Shown: positions 11,995-25,617, counted from the stretch's first letter. The stretch: 64,000 nucleotides of DNA from Octopus sinensis (GCF_006345805.1 NC_043002.1:70308001-70372000), one strand, 5' to 3'. Made by a program: numbers and translations. Notes: generated from the letters alone by a model not told the origin.

Positions 11995-12460
11995 TCCGGT
12001 CGGGAACTGTCATGGATAATTTCCTGATGTCTATCCTTGGCTTCGTAGTGCTACTGGGGCGTGGGGTGCTACCGGTTCGAGATTAAATCTACAGGTATGG
12101 ATGTCCTGTCAGACGGGCCTGTCCGATGTGCACGCAGTGTGACGGAACAGTTCTGCACACACTCGTTCAGTGTCCGGGCATTGCTGACGTGTGGGGTTAT
12201 GCCGAACAGTTCCTGTCACGTCTGTCAGCCGGATTTGTAGTGATGATCGCTCTGTCGCCCTCCTGGCGAAAGAGGTTGTTTGGTGGACAAGGCTGGAAGG
12301 CATGAGGAGAGATACACTCCTCATTGGTAAAGCACTCAGTAACTTTCTCAAGGAAATTGAGAGTGGAGGCGGAAGTGCTGTCCTCGAGTGAGGTTTTTGA
12401 AAAGTGGGTGAAAGTTACGAAAATGGATTGTACCTCTGTCAGTGTAGACTTGTGAGTCAC
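11995..12460 (+). mobile_element. Tx1/L1-clade LINE ORF2 C-terminal fragment (zf-RVT region)
   Basis: Translation from 12012 gives ...RGVLPVRD*IYRYGCPVRRACPMCTQCDGTVLHTLVQCPGIADVW..., a C-x2-C...H...C knuckle. Downstream reads ...EVLSSSEVFEKWVKVTKM. Confidence 0.75.
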
Positions 12461-12789
12461 AATTCTGAAGCGCATTAAACCTATTGAATGTGAGTTTTTG
12501 CTCACCCTGCATATATGTGACCGTGCACACATATTCTGTGGGAAGTGTTGTAAATCTCAATCAATTAGACGGCGTGGAAACCTTATGAGCCCAGAGCCGA
12601 TGACCGATCTATGACAAATAACGTTATTGCTTTCTTTAGGTAGTGAGTAGTAATGATTCTAGAAATTATTCTGTTATTCTTAATATATAGTGTCCGGAAA
12701 GTCATGGTCGGATTTCAAAACTATTTACTGATGTAACTTGCAACACTTTCTTTTTTTTCCCTTTTTCGCCCTTTTCAAGCCTAGCCAGG

Positions 12790-13070
12790 CTCATGGGCTC
12801 GGTTTCCCGGTTTCTGTGGTGTATGCGTTCCTCCCCACCCCTGCTGGACGGGACGCCAGTCAATCGCAGCGTTACTCAAGAAACAGGAAGAGAGAGTGAG
12901 AGAAAGTTGTGGCGAAAGAGTACAACAGGGGTCACCACCACCCCCTGCCAGAGCCTCGTAAAGCTTTTAGGTGTTTTCGCTCAATAAACAAACACAACGC
13001 CCGGTCTGGGAATCGAAATCGCGAGTCCACTGCCCTAACCACTGGGCCACTGCCCCTCCACAACTTGCAA
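12790..13070 (-). mobile_element. tRNA-derived SINE (family C); a fragment of it also lies near 9700-9745
   Basis: The minus strand begins with an A-box-like TGGCCCAGTGGTTAGGGCAG and a B-box-like TTCGATTCCC. TTTCCCGGTTTCTGTG is shared with 9718-9735. Confidence 0.7.
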
Positions 13071-13653
13071 CACTACGTATTTCATATCTATGTTGAATAA
13101 GAGGCTAAGTAATTAAGTTTACGTACAATTTAGTGTCGTTCGATTTGGTTTCCATCTGTTGCATTACATACATGTAATCGGTACTCCAGTCGGAAGGATG
13201 AAGTAAGGGCTGTACGGAGACAGTGTATATCAACCTTAGTATGAAAATTTGAGTCAATAATCCGAAGTAACATTCAAAAATTTGCTACTCTTTTTTGTTT
13301 ATTGCTAGGCGTTTATTTCTTTGTATATATATATGCTTTTTTGTTTTTTGTTTTTGCCAATAGTAACGTCCCAATTTTTATTTTTTATTTATTTTTTCGC
13401 TGTGGAATTAAATATAGAACCCTTGTTTACAATGCTATGTGTTGTGTTCTGTATGATATAAAATGGGCAGAGGAAAGGGAGGCATGAGGAAAATTTTCTT
13501 TCTTTCTTTCTCGCTTTCTTTCTTTCTCACACATTCAGACACAGACATTGATTCACACAACATCTGCACGTATGCACCCCACCACAGGTCTACAATGAAT
13601 ATACGAATATATATCCATATAAGTATATATTATATATATATATATATATTATA

Positions 13654-13711
<58 letters not shown>

Positions 13712-13832
13712 AAATGTATATATGTACATATACATCTATACATATGTATATATATATATGCATTCTGTATTTTTATTTTGTATTTTATTTTGTAATTTTA
13801 TTTGTATCGTTTTTTTGTCACATGTTTAACTT

Positions 13833-14007
13833 TTCTTGTTTTTACCCCTCTGCGAAGTAATTTTATTTAATTCCTTCGCAGGAAGGATTAGTTCCACGAG
13901 TCGTGTTCTGTCCTCACCTTCTTGTTTTTACCCCTCTGCGAAGTAATTTTATTTAATTCCTTCGCAGGAAGGACTAGTTCCACGAGTCGTGTTCTGTCCT
14001 CACCTTC
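13833..14007 (+). repeat. 86-bp tandem duplication (2 copies)
   Basis: TTCTTGTTTTTACCCCTCTGCGAAG...CCTCACC starts at 13833 and again at 13919, with one substitution seen. Confidence 0.9.
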
Positions 14008-14357
14008 GAAATACGCTGGAGTTGAACTAGGGACAGCTGATGAAGGGGATTTTTCGGTGTGTAGTTTGTCTCGTACTCTGTTTTTTTCGTTTAGGTCCGT
14101 TTCCACGTTTGTTTTTACGTTTTCGTTTCTCGTTGAGTTCTACGTCTATTTGTGGTGTCCTGTACTCACGCATATATATTTATATATGCATGTATATATA
14201 CATGTAGATGTAGGTACGTACATATATGTATGTATGCATATATTTTATTTATTACACTCTCTCTCTCTCTATCTCTCTCTCTATATATATATATATATTA
14301 TATATATAATATATATTTATATGTATATATATATATTTATATGTATATGTATATGTA

Positions 14358-15590
14358 TTGGGTTGTCTTGTTCGTGCCAATTATTAAAGGAAAGAAAAGG
14401 TCAATAAATACTAGCCATTACAGTTTTAGTGAACTGAATATGAACCATTTTGTTGCACAATGCATCTTCATCTTTCCTTTAACTTGAAAATACCCTCCTC
14501 CCAGAACTGAGGTGGTTTCATGGCAAAGAATTCATCAAGGTATCTTTTTACGTCATCCAAGGAATTGAACTTTTTACCATTAAGACTATTCTGTAGAGAC
14601 CTGAATAAGTGGAAATCCGAAGGTGATATCTGGTGAATATGGAGGGTGGGGTAACTCATCCCAGCTGAGCTGCAGCAATTTTTGTCTAGTTCCCAAAGAA
14701 ACGTGCGGTCTTGCCTTATCATGTTGGAAAACAACACCCTTCCTGTTGGACAATTCTGGATGTTTCCCGTGAATTACTGCTTTTAACTCGTCCAGTTGTG
14801 TGTAGTATTTCTCGGAATTGTCTGGTTACTTAGGAGAAGCTCATAGTACAAAATTCCATTCCAATTCCACCAGACACAAAGCAAGACTTTTTTAGGGTGA
14901 AGACCTGTTTTTGGGGAGGCTAAGGGTGGCTCATGTCGCTTACTCCAAGATAGCTTTTTCTGAACATTTCGGTAGATAATCCATTTCTCCTCACCTGTCA
15001 CAATTTGCTTTAAAAAATGCGCGTTTTCATTCAGTTTATTAAGCGAATCACAGATTGAAATGCGATCCAAAAGGTTCTTCTCACTCAACTCATGTGGTAC
15101 CCAAACATCGTAGCGATTTGTGTACCGAAGCTTTACCAGGTGCTCATGAACGACGGATTTTGATAGGTTGAGGCTTTCTGCCAATTCTCGGGTTGTGCAA
15201 TGTGGGTTATTCGCAATTAATGACTTGATTTGGTCATCATCTGTAGCGGATGGTCTGCCTGATCGCTCTCTTTCAATAAAGCTACAATCTCCGGCTCGGA
15301 ACCTTGCGAACCACTTCCGTACAGTTCTTGCGGATAAAGAAGCATCACCGGAAATTGCGCATATTTCTTTGGTTGCTTATGAGGCATTTTTCCCTTTACG
15401 GAAAAAGAAAAACATCAAGTGCCGAAAATGAACTTTCTTATCTTCTATTTTAAAGGGTTACAGAATTAACACAGTTTATAGGAACATAAACCTTCTTCCA
15501 CGAAAATATAGCTTAAACTGTGCTCAAAATGGTGGTGTAGTCAAATTCTATTTTATGGACTCAACCATGTTCTAAAATAAGGCGAAGTTA
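14358..15590 (-). mobile_element. Near full-length mariner, same family as 1934-2496; one TIR lost
   Basis: A degenerate TIR TTGGGTTGTC..TTCGTGCC follows TA at 14358. The leader at 15540-15580 matches the reverse complement of 1985-2025, and the other end runs into (TA)n. Confidence 0.9.
14426..15448 (-). pseudogene. Mariner DD34D transposase pseudogene
   Basis: Motifs WVPHEL, TGEEKW, LHPKKVLLCVWW and HPPYSPDISPSDFHLF are present. The start codon is ATA and there are several frameshifts and stops. Confidence 0.9.
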
Positions 15591-15610
15591 AACACAATAT
15601 ATATATGTGT

Positions 15611-15653
<43 letters not shown>

Positions 15654-15684
15654 TATATATATATATATATATATAATATGTATG

Positions 15685-15715
<31 letters not shown>

Positions 15716-15877
15716 CTATATATATATCTATTTGTATGGTATGTGATAGATATAATATATATAATACTAGATATGTATATATAGATACATAATACATATA
15801 TATATATATTAGATAATATATATTATATATATATGTAATATATATATAGATATAGATATATATATATATTATATATA

Positions 15878-15915
<38 letters not shown>

Positions 15916-15918
15916 GTA

Positions 15919-16315
15919 CACAGGGTGCGGGGAATAAATTTTCATCTAAATTATGCAAAAATGAAAATAACATTCACATCTCATTTCAACAGGTATATTT
16001 ATCAAAATTATATTGAAATATTTTGAAATATTAAAGAGAAATGTATTCAATAAAATTGCCATTGGCTTCAACCAAAACCTCCAGACGACTTCTGAATCTC
16101 CTGCAGCTCTTCTGGACGGTCTCCTGGTTTAAGTAGGTGAATGCTGCCATAATCCTGGCCTTCAATTCATGATTGGTGCCACAAAGAGTTTTGTTGGTCT
16201 CTCACTCAACTGCGCACCACACATAATAATCATGGGTATTGCAGTCTGGGGAGTGAGGTGGCCAGATGTTGTGGGTGATCTGGTCGCAGAAATTGTCTGA
16301 CAGTCATGACTGTTA
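15919..16315 (-). mobile_element. Tc1/mariner-superfamily 3' fragment, likely DD37D (maT-like)
   Basis: Minus-strand translation pieces WLSDNFCD..T.NIWPPHSPDCN and CRRFRSRLEVLVEANGNFIE. The terminus CAGGGTGCGGGGAAT abuts TA. Confidence 0.7.
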
Positions 16316-16339
16316 CATTTCTATGGTGAGACGTGAAAA

Positions 16340-16715
16340 GCACCGTTCGAGCGTGATCGTTCCCAGCGTCGCTTTACCGGCTCATGGACTGGTGGTACCT
16401 GAAAAACAACATTCGAGCGTGGTCGTTGCCAGTGCCGCCGGAGTGGCTCCCGTGCAGGTAGCTCGTAAAACACCTTTTGAGCGTGATTGTTGCCAGTACC
16501 GCCTGACTGGCCTTCGTGGCGGTAGCACTTAAAACACCCACTACACTCTCGGAGTGGTTGGCATTAGGAAGGGCATCCAGCTGTAGAAACTCTGCCAGAT
16601 CAGATTGAACCTGGTGCAGCCTTTGGCTCACCAGTCCTCAGTCAAACCGTTCAACCCATGCCCAGCATGGAAAGCGGATGTAAAACGATGATGACGCTGA
16701 TGATGATGATGATGA
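16340..16715 (+). mobile_element. SINE or RTE-type LINE 3' end with (GAT)n tail
   Basis: TTGGCATTAGGAAGGGCATCCAGCTGTAGAAAC...CCATGCCCAGCATGGAAAGCGGATGTAAAACGATGATG resembles RTE-dependent 3' tails. Confidence 0.6.
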
Positions 16716-16726
16716 TAAAATACATA

Positions 16727-16757
<31 letters not shown>

Positions 16758-17019
16758 TTATATATATATATATATTATATATATATATATATATACTATA
16801 TATAATATGTATGTATATACATTTGTATGTATATATATTTATATATATATATATATATATATAATGTATGTATATATATATATTTATATATATATATGTA
16901 CGTATATTTATATATTATATATATATATATATATATAATATATCTATATGTATATACATTTGTATATATATTTAAATAAGAATATATAAATATACATGTA
17001 AATATTTGTATGTATGCAC

Positions 17020-17051
<32 letters not shown>

Positions 17052-17150
17052 ATACATATACATATATATATATATATATATATAAATACTATATTATATA
17101 ATATATATATGTATATGTTATATATATACATATATACATATACATACATA
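16715..17150. repeat. Long degenerate (TA)n tract
   Basis: Direct read; similar tracts at 15598-15916, 31440-31712, 43960-44180 and 52648-52815. Confidence 0.9.
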
Positions 17151-17968
17151 TTTCATTAACAGAGTAATGCGTACACTGTATAAAAACCTAAAGTATTAAA
17201 GTGCACATAACTCTGTGTTATATCCGACGAACTTTATTGTAAAGGTTAAGTGTCAACAAGATTTATAGAAACAGAAACTCCTGACATGAGCATATGTGTA
17301 ATCTTCCCTGATATATTGTTGAATGCTTATTATAATTGCACCTCTCTGGTTACGACTACAATAGGCATACATATTGAAATTATATGTGATTCTTGTACGA
17401 TTGTGCTATTGCTTTCTTGTATACCTTTGCTGAAAAGCTGAACGGAAGATTTACCAAGACGAAATCATGCAGTTTATTTTAAAAAGCTTGGGTAGATACA
17501 CGCAGTCACACGTACACATATACAGACACGCACTCGTGTATGCAAATGCGCACATATACATAAACATATAAACACACATACAAATGTTTAAGTATATGTA
17601 TATATATTTATGATATATTTATGATATACATTATATACGTATATATATATATGTGTTGTGTATATACATATATATATACACATACAAACACACACACACA
17701 TACATACATGTATGATATATACATATATACGTATATGTGTGTGTATGTGAGTACATTATATATGCAAATATATACGGACGTGCATATAAATACAGAAAGT
17801 GAAAGTGAAAGTGAGCGACCGATAGATAAAGAGAGAGAAGGAGTGGGAGAGAGACAGACACAGAGAGTGTGTGTGTTTGTGTAAAGTAAATGTATTGTAG
17901 TCTACTTTGTTGATGACTAGTTCAGTATCTCGACCAAATTCAGCTATCAATTCGCTGATTATTCTAAA

Positions 17969-20320
17969 CTAACAGTATAGCCCGGCATTGCCCAGGATTA
18001 ATTTAGGTTTATTAAGTGATCAAGCGCTTTATTGCAAATCAAAATAAGTGACACCGACATCAGATTTGAGCGAAATCCGTTGAAATTTGCACACATTTGG
18101 CTGAAAATTGGTTGCAGGCAATTAGATTGGGAAATCCCATAAGGAATCGGTTTATCGATTATTTCCACTCATCGATTGTTTTTGCTTCTTTTTTGATTTG
18201 AGAACTTAAAACATTCAAAGATCCTATGAGTCCTAAGTAATGCTGGCATCAAGTTTGAACAAAATATGTCAAAATTGGTAAAAGTTATGGTTGAAAATGG
18301 GGAGTAGCCAATTTTAGTGGGAAATCCTATAAGGGATCGGTTTATCAATTTGTTATCCTGATTGAATGGAAAACCCCAAATAGATACCGGCCACCAACAG
18401 TGTTTGGCTTTGGGATTTGTTGATGGAAATGGCGAAGCATGGTCTCACCAGGAACTGTGATCTGTGGAAGTTAAACGGCATGTCTGACCCCGAGGGATAA
18501 AGGTACATCCTTGAAATGAAAATATTTTCGCCCTTCCCGCACCCTGTAGCATTGGTGGCCTCAATCATGTGGGGGGGTCAAAGACTTGAATACTAAGCGT
18601 GTCCCGTTGCCCTGTTTAAGCGGAAGCAAGTTTCAGATTAGCATAATTGGGCATCCAACCTTTAGCCTAAGAATGTGAGACGGAAGTCCTGCTGGCTCCA
18701 ATGAGTTGGGAAACTCGATAGGGTAACTGACAATGTCTTTGAGGTCAGAGGTCCGGTCAATCGATTTGTAGATGCGCTCTTCACCCGGAATTCGGCTTAT
18801 GAGCTGGTCGTTGATAGCACTGACAGCTACGTTTTGGGGGGCCAGGATGTTTCTTTCCCTGAGCCAGCATAGTTAATGATGTCTGCATAGTTAATTTACA
18901 GATTGGGAAACACTGTTTCCAAAAGATCGGAAGGGCTGTCCACAGTGTTGCATATTTGAGAGATGGATATGTCACCTCTATCATTCCTAGGGACCTTGTC
19001 TTCTCCAAGGGCTAAAATGTATTCAACAAATGCTGCAGACGTCCTATAACCAAGCAAGTGCGCACGCATGTTTGTGCTTAGGCTTAAGGTCTTAACCTGG
19101 GGCCACAACGTGGACGACTTAAGGCCTGCGCGCGCTTCATCAGCCCTGCTCCCTTTAGGGATGACAGGAAGAGTTTGCCGGAAATCTGAACGCAATAGAG
19201 TTACACCTCCCATAGAAGCTGTAGAATCTCTCATATCTTTCAGTGACCGGTCCAGTGCCTCAAGGGCACCCTTATTGGCCATTGGGCATTCGTCCCATAC
19301 AATGAGACGGCACTGTCTAAGAACTTCAGCTTCTTCTGAATTATTGCCAATGTTGCAAGTAAGAACGTTGGCCCTCACCAAATCTAAAAGCAGCTTGAAT
19401 GCCGATTGCGCTTTCCTACTTCACGGCAACAACGTTGTAGCGATTCCCGAAAATGCAACGGCTAGCGCAATTTGTTTCTCGCGACGAATCTTAGCAAGTA
19501 CTAATTGTGTTACAAAGGATTTGTCGGTACCTCCAGGAGCATCGAGGAAAAAAAATGCCGCCCACCTGCTTTTCAACGGCACTGATGACAGTTTCGTACG
19601 CTAGCCTCTGATCAGGGAGCAATTTCGGTTCATTTACTCTCAGGTACTCCGCAAGGCCATCAGCGTCATACGACAACTCCAGAAGTAACTTTGGTGCGAG
19701 TGAGTTAACGTCTTGTCGCATTGAGAATGGCAAACCGAATGTGTTCAACGCCGCCCACCCCTTTTTGAGCTGGGCATCCTCGATTTCAATCAGCACATTA
19801 TTGTAGATCAGGTCATTGTATCCAATGTCAGCATTAGGGCACCGTTGCTTTGCCAGTTATCATTTGCCTTGACCACTGAGAAAGCAAAATTACGTACAGA
19901 GAATTTCATAAACAGAAATAAATAGAAAAAATGTTGATAAATTTTTGGTTAACACTCGCACGATTTTCACTAAGAAAAAGAAATCGGATTTTTTTGCGTG
20001 GAATCAAATACCCTGACCTCCTAATATGCTACAGAACCCTTTTTGTGGTCCGAAGAACGGGGCGGGGTGTGGTGGAAGCCTCGGAAATTTTACTCCCACA
20101 CCCATTGATCTTTTCACCTTCTATTTTTTAATGTACCTGGGAAAATACGGAAATTAAGAACATGGAAAACCCTTTTTTTATTTCAGATTTACCAAGAAAA
20201 ACTCGAGGTAAATTTTTAGATAACACTTACACGATTCTCACTAAGAAAAAAAATCGGATTTTTTGCGTGGAATCAACTACCCTGGCCTTCTAATATGCGA
20301 CAAAACCCTTTTTGTAGCAT
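17969..20320 (-). mobile_element. Helitron (decayed), 3' terminus near 17969
   Basis: The minus strand ends CCTGGGCAATGCCGGG (hairpin) then CTATACTGTTAG|T, a CTAG-like end. It carries a helicase ORF remnant and an internal ~105-bp direct repeat at 19940-20047 and 20211-20315. The 5' end was not located. Confidence 0.8.
18380..19850 (-). pseudogene. Helitron PIF1-like helicase domain pseudogene
   Basis: Motifs FLDAPGGTDKSF (Walker A-like), IVWDECPMA, GGV...DFRQTLPVI, LSTNMR and FAISINKSQSQTL, with several frameshifts. Confidence 0.92.
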
Positions 20321-20574
20321 GTTGTCTGTGGTCAGGACACTGACTAAACACTTCTTTCCTGGAGTTTAAAAATGCCCCCGAGTCAAGCAAGTTTTTCAGG
20401 ATTCTTGCTCTCTCTGCTAAGCGAATCTTACACTGTTTGCTCTAATTGATATATGATCCTAGTTACTCGAGGAGCTTCCATTTAATTATGTAAGGGTGCC
20501 CTCTTTTAAGTAGCATACGAAACTGGACACAGACGACATGCTACACCTCTTCAATATCCTAAAACAGGATACTC

Positions 20575-20582
20575 ATACACAC

Positions 20583-20662
<80 letters not shown>
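20575..20662. repeat. (CA)n microsatellite
   Basis: Direct read. Confidence 0.95.
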
Positions 20663-20666
<4 letters not shown>

Positions 20667-21025
20667 ATACCATGCATCTTAAACCAGATGATAAAGCTAT
20701 AAATAACAGCATTTAGATGATGTCTGCCTTCGAAATTTTCTATCCAAAAGAACTTTTTGAATCCAATATTTACATGCTATTATTTATGGTATTATCATCT
20801 GCTTCGAGATTCCCTGTTATTTCACGCTCTCTCTAAAATTTGTAAGTTCCTACAACGTCAGAAATATCTATAGAGACCTTGTGAATTTATACGATGCATT
20901 CTCGACGAGAATGCATCGTAGCTCTTCGCTCCGACATTCGAAACTCCGATTACTGTAATGACAACATTTTACTGTTTGTTCTAAATTATAACATATATAT
21001 ATATATACATACATATATACGTGCG

Positions 21026-21069
<44 letters not shown>

Positions 21070-21149
21070 TGTGTGTGTATATATATGTGTGTGTGTGTGT
21101 GTAAACCTTAATTCTCCTACTTAATTGCAATGTTTCAGTGATGCAGTTT

Positions 21150-22130
21150 GAGGTGTCTCATTTGAACAAGAAAATCTATGGGGAAATTTCAAGTCACAAG
21201 TATATCTTACTTTGGGCAACAGATCTAAGAAAGTAGCAGATTGGTTTATTGACTATGACTTGGAAGTTATTAATCTTCTTCAAGAAAAGCAACAACTAAG
21301 CAAAAAATGTTCAGAATAAATCAAACAATCTGAATCAAGACATCAGCTATATATCTCTTTAATTAAAAATACCATTGTGATCTCCAAAACATGAAAGAAA
21401 GGCACCAAAAAGCAAAGGATTTTAACCCTAGTTAACATCTGTAGCTATAGTGAGATCTTTTGATGGTTAATAATTCTTTACTGCTGTCACATTCATGCAA
21501 ACACGATGCGTACAACACTGTTCCAATTTTTCAATAGATGATCAAATGTATATGTGTGAATAATTGAAAAAATGGCAGACCTTTCTGATGTCAAAGAAAT
21601 GCTGAGAAAGAGAAGAAACAGCTAACCGTAGAAAAATACAAATACCGTCCAAAATCAAATTTAAAACACCTTAAATTAAGCTACAAATGTCCTGAATTAC
21701 TTGCAGCAGATGGGAAAACGTTGAGCGATACGACTTGAAAGAGTGTTAAACATTTTGAGCTTGATTGAGTTCAGCATGTTGAAATGAGAAGAAAGTTTCG
21801 CAATAATGATCAATCATCATTACTTTTTTTAATGTTATTTATGCACAAAAGTATGCATACTCCACACTTGTATAGGATCGCACTAACGTGTCCATGTAAG
21901 TAAGGCATACATAAGCTATTGGAATTTTATTCCAGATGGACCAGTTTCGATGCAATGACTGTCAACAAATCTACAAATCATATGGAGAATTGAAGAGGCA
22001 CTTGAGCATTTGCTATGAATAAGCGGAAATTGGAGCCAATTGGTGCAGAATATTCGATCAGCCCTTCAAACACATTTTAGCACTCAGAAGTCATGGGAGA
22101 CCTCATGCTATGAAAGAGCTATTATAGGTT
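21150..22130 (+). mobile_element. Heavily decayed RTE-clade LINE
   Basis: LGNRSKKVADWFIDYDLEVINLLQEKQQL resembles the RTE EN-RT linker. Near the 3' end, FRCNDCQQIYKSYGELKRHLSIC and a second finger-like ...F...ALRSHGRPH resemble the terminal zinc fingers at 63370-63660. Confidence 0.5.
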
Positions 22131-22743
22131 CAAGAAGAGGTTGGGCCTTGTAAGGAGCAGAGAGCAACCTCACCCCACTCTCCACACCAACGGATGCACA
22201 CACGAATACATACATATACATACATATATGCATGGGTGCACACACACACGCATGTTCAGTGGGGACTGGTTGCTTATTGAAGAAGTGGAGAAAGGTTTAT
22301 TATTTGAATATATGAAAGAAAATATTCTTTTCAACTGTAGGCACAAGGCCCCGAATATGAAAGAAAATAGTATCTAATATCTAGCACCTGTCTCGCCTGA
22401 TACAAGTTTTCTTAACTTTGGTCCCATTAAAGTTCTGTCGCTAACAGAAATAGCAATTTCTTTCTTTCATTGAAATTTAAAGTGAATCCTACCAAACCAC
22501 TGCCTCGTTTCAACGAAGATTTCCCTCTCGCTTCCTCTACGAACACCCGTTGTAGACCATAACTGGTTGGATAAGCAGGGAATCGAAATCTAAGGTCACA
22601 GTTGACACGAATTTTCAAAAATAAGTTGTATATAGTCTCAGTATTAAGATCCCTACCATCAGTGAGATTGTTTTATACAATCTTGAAAATAACAGCAATG
22701 TGGCATCTATCTATCCATCTGTCTGTCTATCTGTTTATCTTCT

Positions 22744-22812
22744 ATGTATGTATGTATGTATGTATGTATGTATGTATGTATGTATGTATGTATGTATGTA
22801 TGTATCTATCTA

Positions 22813-22909
<97 letters not shown>

Positions 22910-22910
22910 G
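22744..22910. repeat. (GTAT)n/(CTGT)n/(CTAT)n compound microsatellite
   Basis: Direct read. Confidence 0.95.
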
Positions 22911-23664
22911 TACCTCCTCTCCCACACATACCAGTCAGTGTGTTACGTTTGCTTTGAAGGTGGCACTTCAATTCTCCAGTGCATACGAAGATAGCTGGAG
23001 TTAAATTAACAAGTCCATGTCGCATTTACAGACGAATCATTCTCTCTTACATCTCATATGCAGGGACAACTAGCCATTATATTCTGAAGAACACTGAACA
23101 ACTTAACATGAAATGTTGTTTACCACGAATATTTTACTGACGAAAACACAATTTCTTTTAGAGTTCAACTTTAACGTTACATATCAATTCAGAATTTGAA
23201 AGAAATATAAAAATTGAAAGATAAATATAGTACATTCTAGTCACAGAAGTAAAATTAGCACTAGACACAGTCTCAAAAATTTCGCATATCTGACAAACTT
23301 AAAAAAGAAATGCAACATTAAAGATGTATCTACATTAAAAAAAATTGTATATGCAAATATAATTGCATGGAAGACCATAAAAATCTTGCTTCAAGTTACG
23401 TCATTTTATGTTAACAATAAAAAGACATATACAAAACGAAGCCGAAGAAAGAACCTACTTCTATCTAAATATTCAGTTAACGGCGTCTGTGATAGTGTAT
23501 GGGTATACTTTTGCTTGTTTGTATGTGTGTGAGTGTGTGTGTGTGTGTGAATGTGTATGCTCATATATACATGTACTTAAAAATATACACATATATATAT
23601 GTCCACACACACACACAGATGTGCTTGTATCTGTATTGGATATTGTGTGTGTGTGTATGTGTCC

Positions 23665-23708
<44 letters not shown>

Positions 23709-24737
23709 GTCTGTATTTACTTTTGTGTTTATATGTGTGCATATATATACATACACACACACACACCCATATATAACAACAGAAGGAATAAAGATGGCGG
23801 TATCATATTTATTAATTTGTTACAACCCTTTCGATAACTAGTGGAATTGTGATATACACGGAAATGATAGAAGATATGTAAAGGTTATCAAATCCATGTA
23901 TTATTAAAAGAAATACCACCAATAACTTTGTGTCTGTACTTGTATAATTTCATGCATATAGATACAGAGATATGCAAAAACATACATATGCCTTCTGACA
24001 TATACTCATATTTTGTGGGCGAGTAACAACACTTACATGTGGCACGCTTGAACAACTGTGAAGATCTCTTCTCATGAAACCATTGGCAGCTGTGTTAACC
24101 CCCAAATAAAGAATAGTTATCCACTAATGCGGTGTTAAGCACTCATCCTTACTTTTCGATATTAGCGTATTAGTCACTAATTGAGAAGGGCATAGCAAGG
24201 AACGGGAAAAGAGAAGGGATTACTGACTTGTGTTCCTGAGAAGAAAAGAGAGACATGAAAGACATCGACGCAATTTTTATATCTATATTCTTCTCTATGC
24301 TTTAATTATTTATTTGAAGTTCCACTAAGGAACTAGCTGATTCCTAACACACACACACGCGCGCGCGCACACACACGCATATATTCCCGCTGGCTCAGCG
24401 CCAAGCAGTGATTAGGCATAAACGAAATTTAAGTCAGTTAATGTATGATATTCTTCAACTTCTAAAGGCAAATTCACTGCAGTTACCGCGGAGAATATTT
24501 TTTTTCCTCTGTAACTGCAATAAATTTGCCTTGGAAGATAAAATGTCACAAACATATTCTAACTAACCCAAGTTCGCATATATATACATACATACATACA
24601 TACATCTCTCTCTCTATATATATATATATATTATATAAAATCTGTTCTGTCTGTCTGTGTGTCTTCTATGATATCGGGCATCCTCCATCCAATTGCGCTC
24701 AAATTTAATATTTTCTCTTTTATTATTTTTTTTCTCT

Positions 24738-25143
24738 CTTTTACTTGTTTCAGTCAATTGACTGTGGCCATGCTGGAGCACCGCCTTTAGTCGAGCAAAT
24801 CGACCCCGAGACTTATTCTTTGTAAGCCCAGTACTTATTCTATCGGTCTCTTTTGCCGAACCGCTACGTGACGGGGACGTAAACACACCAGCATCGGTTG
24901 TCAAGCAATGCTAGGAGGACAAACACAGATACACAAACATATACACACACACTTATATATACATATACACATATATACGACGGGCTTCTTTCAGTTTCCG
25001 TCTACCAAATCCACTCACAAGGCATTGGTCGGCCCGGGGCTATAGCAGAAGACACTTGCCCAAGATGCCACGCAGTGGGACTGAACTCGGAACCATGTGG
25101 TTGGTTAGCTAGCTACTTACCACACAGCCACTCCTACGCCTAC
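24738..25143 (-). mobile_element. CORE-like tRNA SINE (family D), full length, with internal CA/TA microsatellite
   Basis: The minus strand has A box GGAGTGGCTGTGTGGTAAG, B box GAGTTCAGTCCC and CORE-like CTTGGGCAAGTGTCTTCT. The 3' end is GCTCCAGCATGGCCACAGTCAATTGACTGAAACAAGTAAAAGA. Confidence 0.85.
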
Positions 25144-25559
25144 CTAAATATGTAGATATCGACGGTATCAGGGCGTGTAAAAGTCTTGAAATAATTACAA
25201 TAATCGATTCCAGGTGAGAATGCGATCGATAAAACCGTTTTGTCCTGCTTTTCTTCCGTCAACCTGTACATAACTTGCACCTTCCATTTTTTGTTGTATT
25301 TGTACTGCTTAAAGGCACGTTTCTTTCCTGCCAAACTTACTGTTTAAACCATGTTTGTGTTCTTCCAGTCAACAGCCTTATCATTACTGGTACTTTAAAC
25401 TGTTCGGTTGCATACTTGTGTGAATAAAATAGTTTTTCGTTGGAATAGAAAAAAAATTCTATCTCTATTTCTTCTTTTGCTGGTGTCTCAAATTTAGGTT
25501 AAATCAGTGTTTCTCAAAATGGAGGCCTATGGGACGGTCGGACAAGTTGTTTTGAGAAA

Positions 25560-25617
25560 ATTTGGTTTAAATCTTTGACAACTCAGCACCGTTCATTGGA
25601 CGGGGGGCGTTTTGCTC

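Noticed and set aside
12686-12725. Tc1/mariner TIR-like words (also near 11711)
   Set aside because: They are isolated, with no partner TIR or coding remnant.
25506-25560. hAT-like TIR CAGTGTTTCTCAAAA with partial inverted copy TTTTGAGAAA
   Set aside because: The match is only about 10 bp, and no 8-bp TSD is evident.
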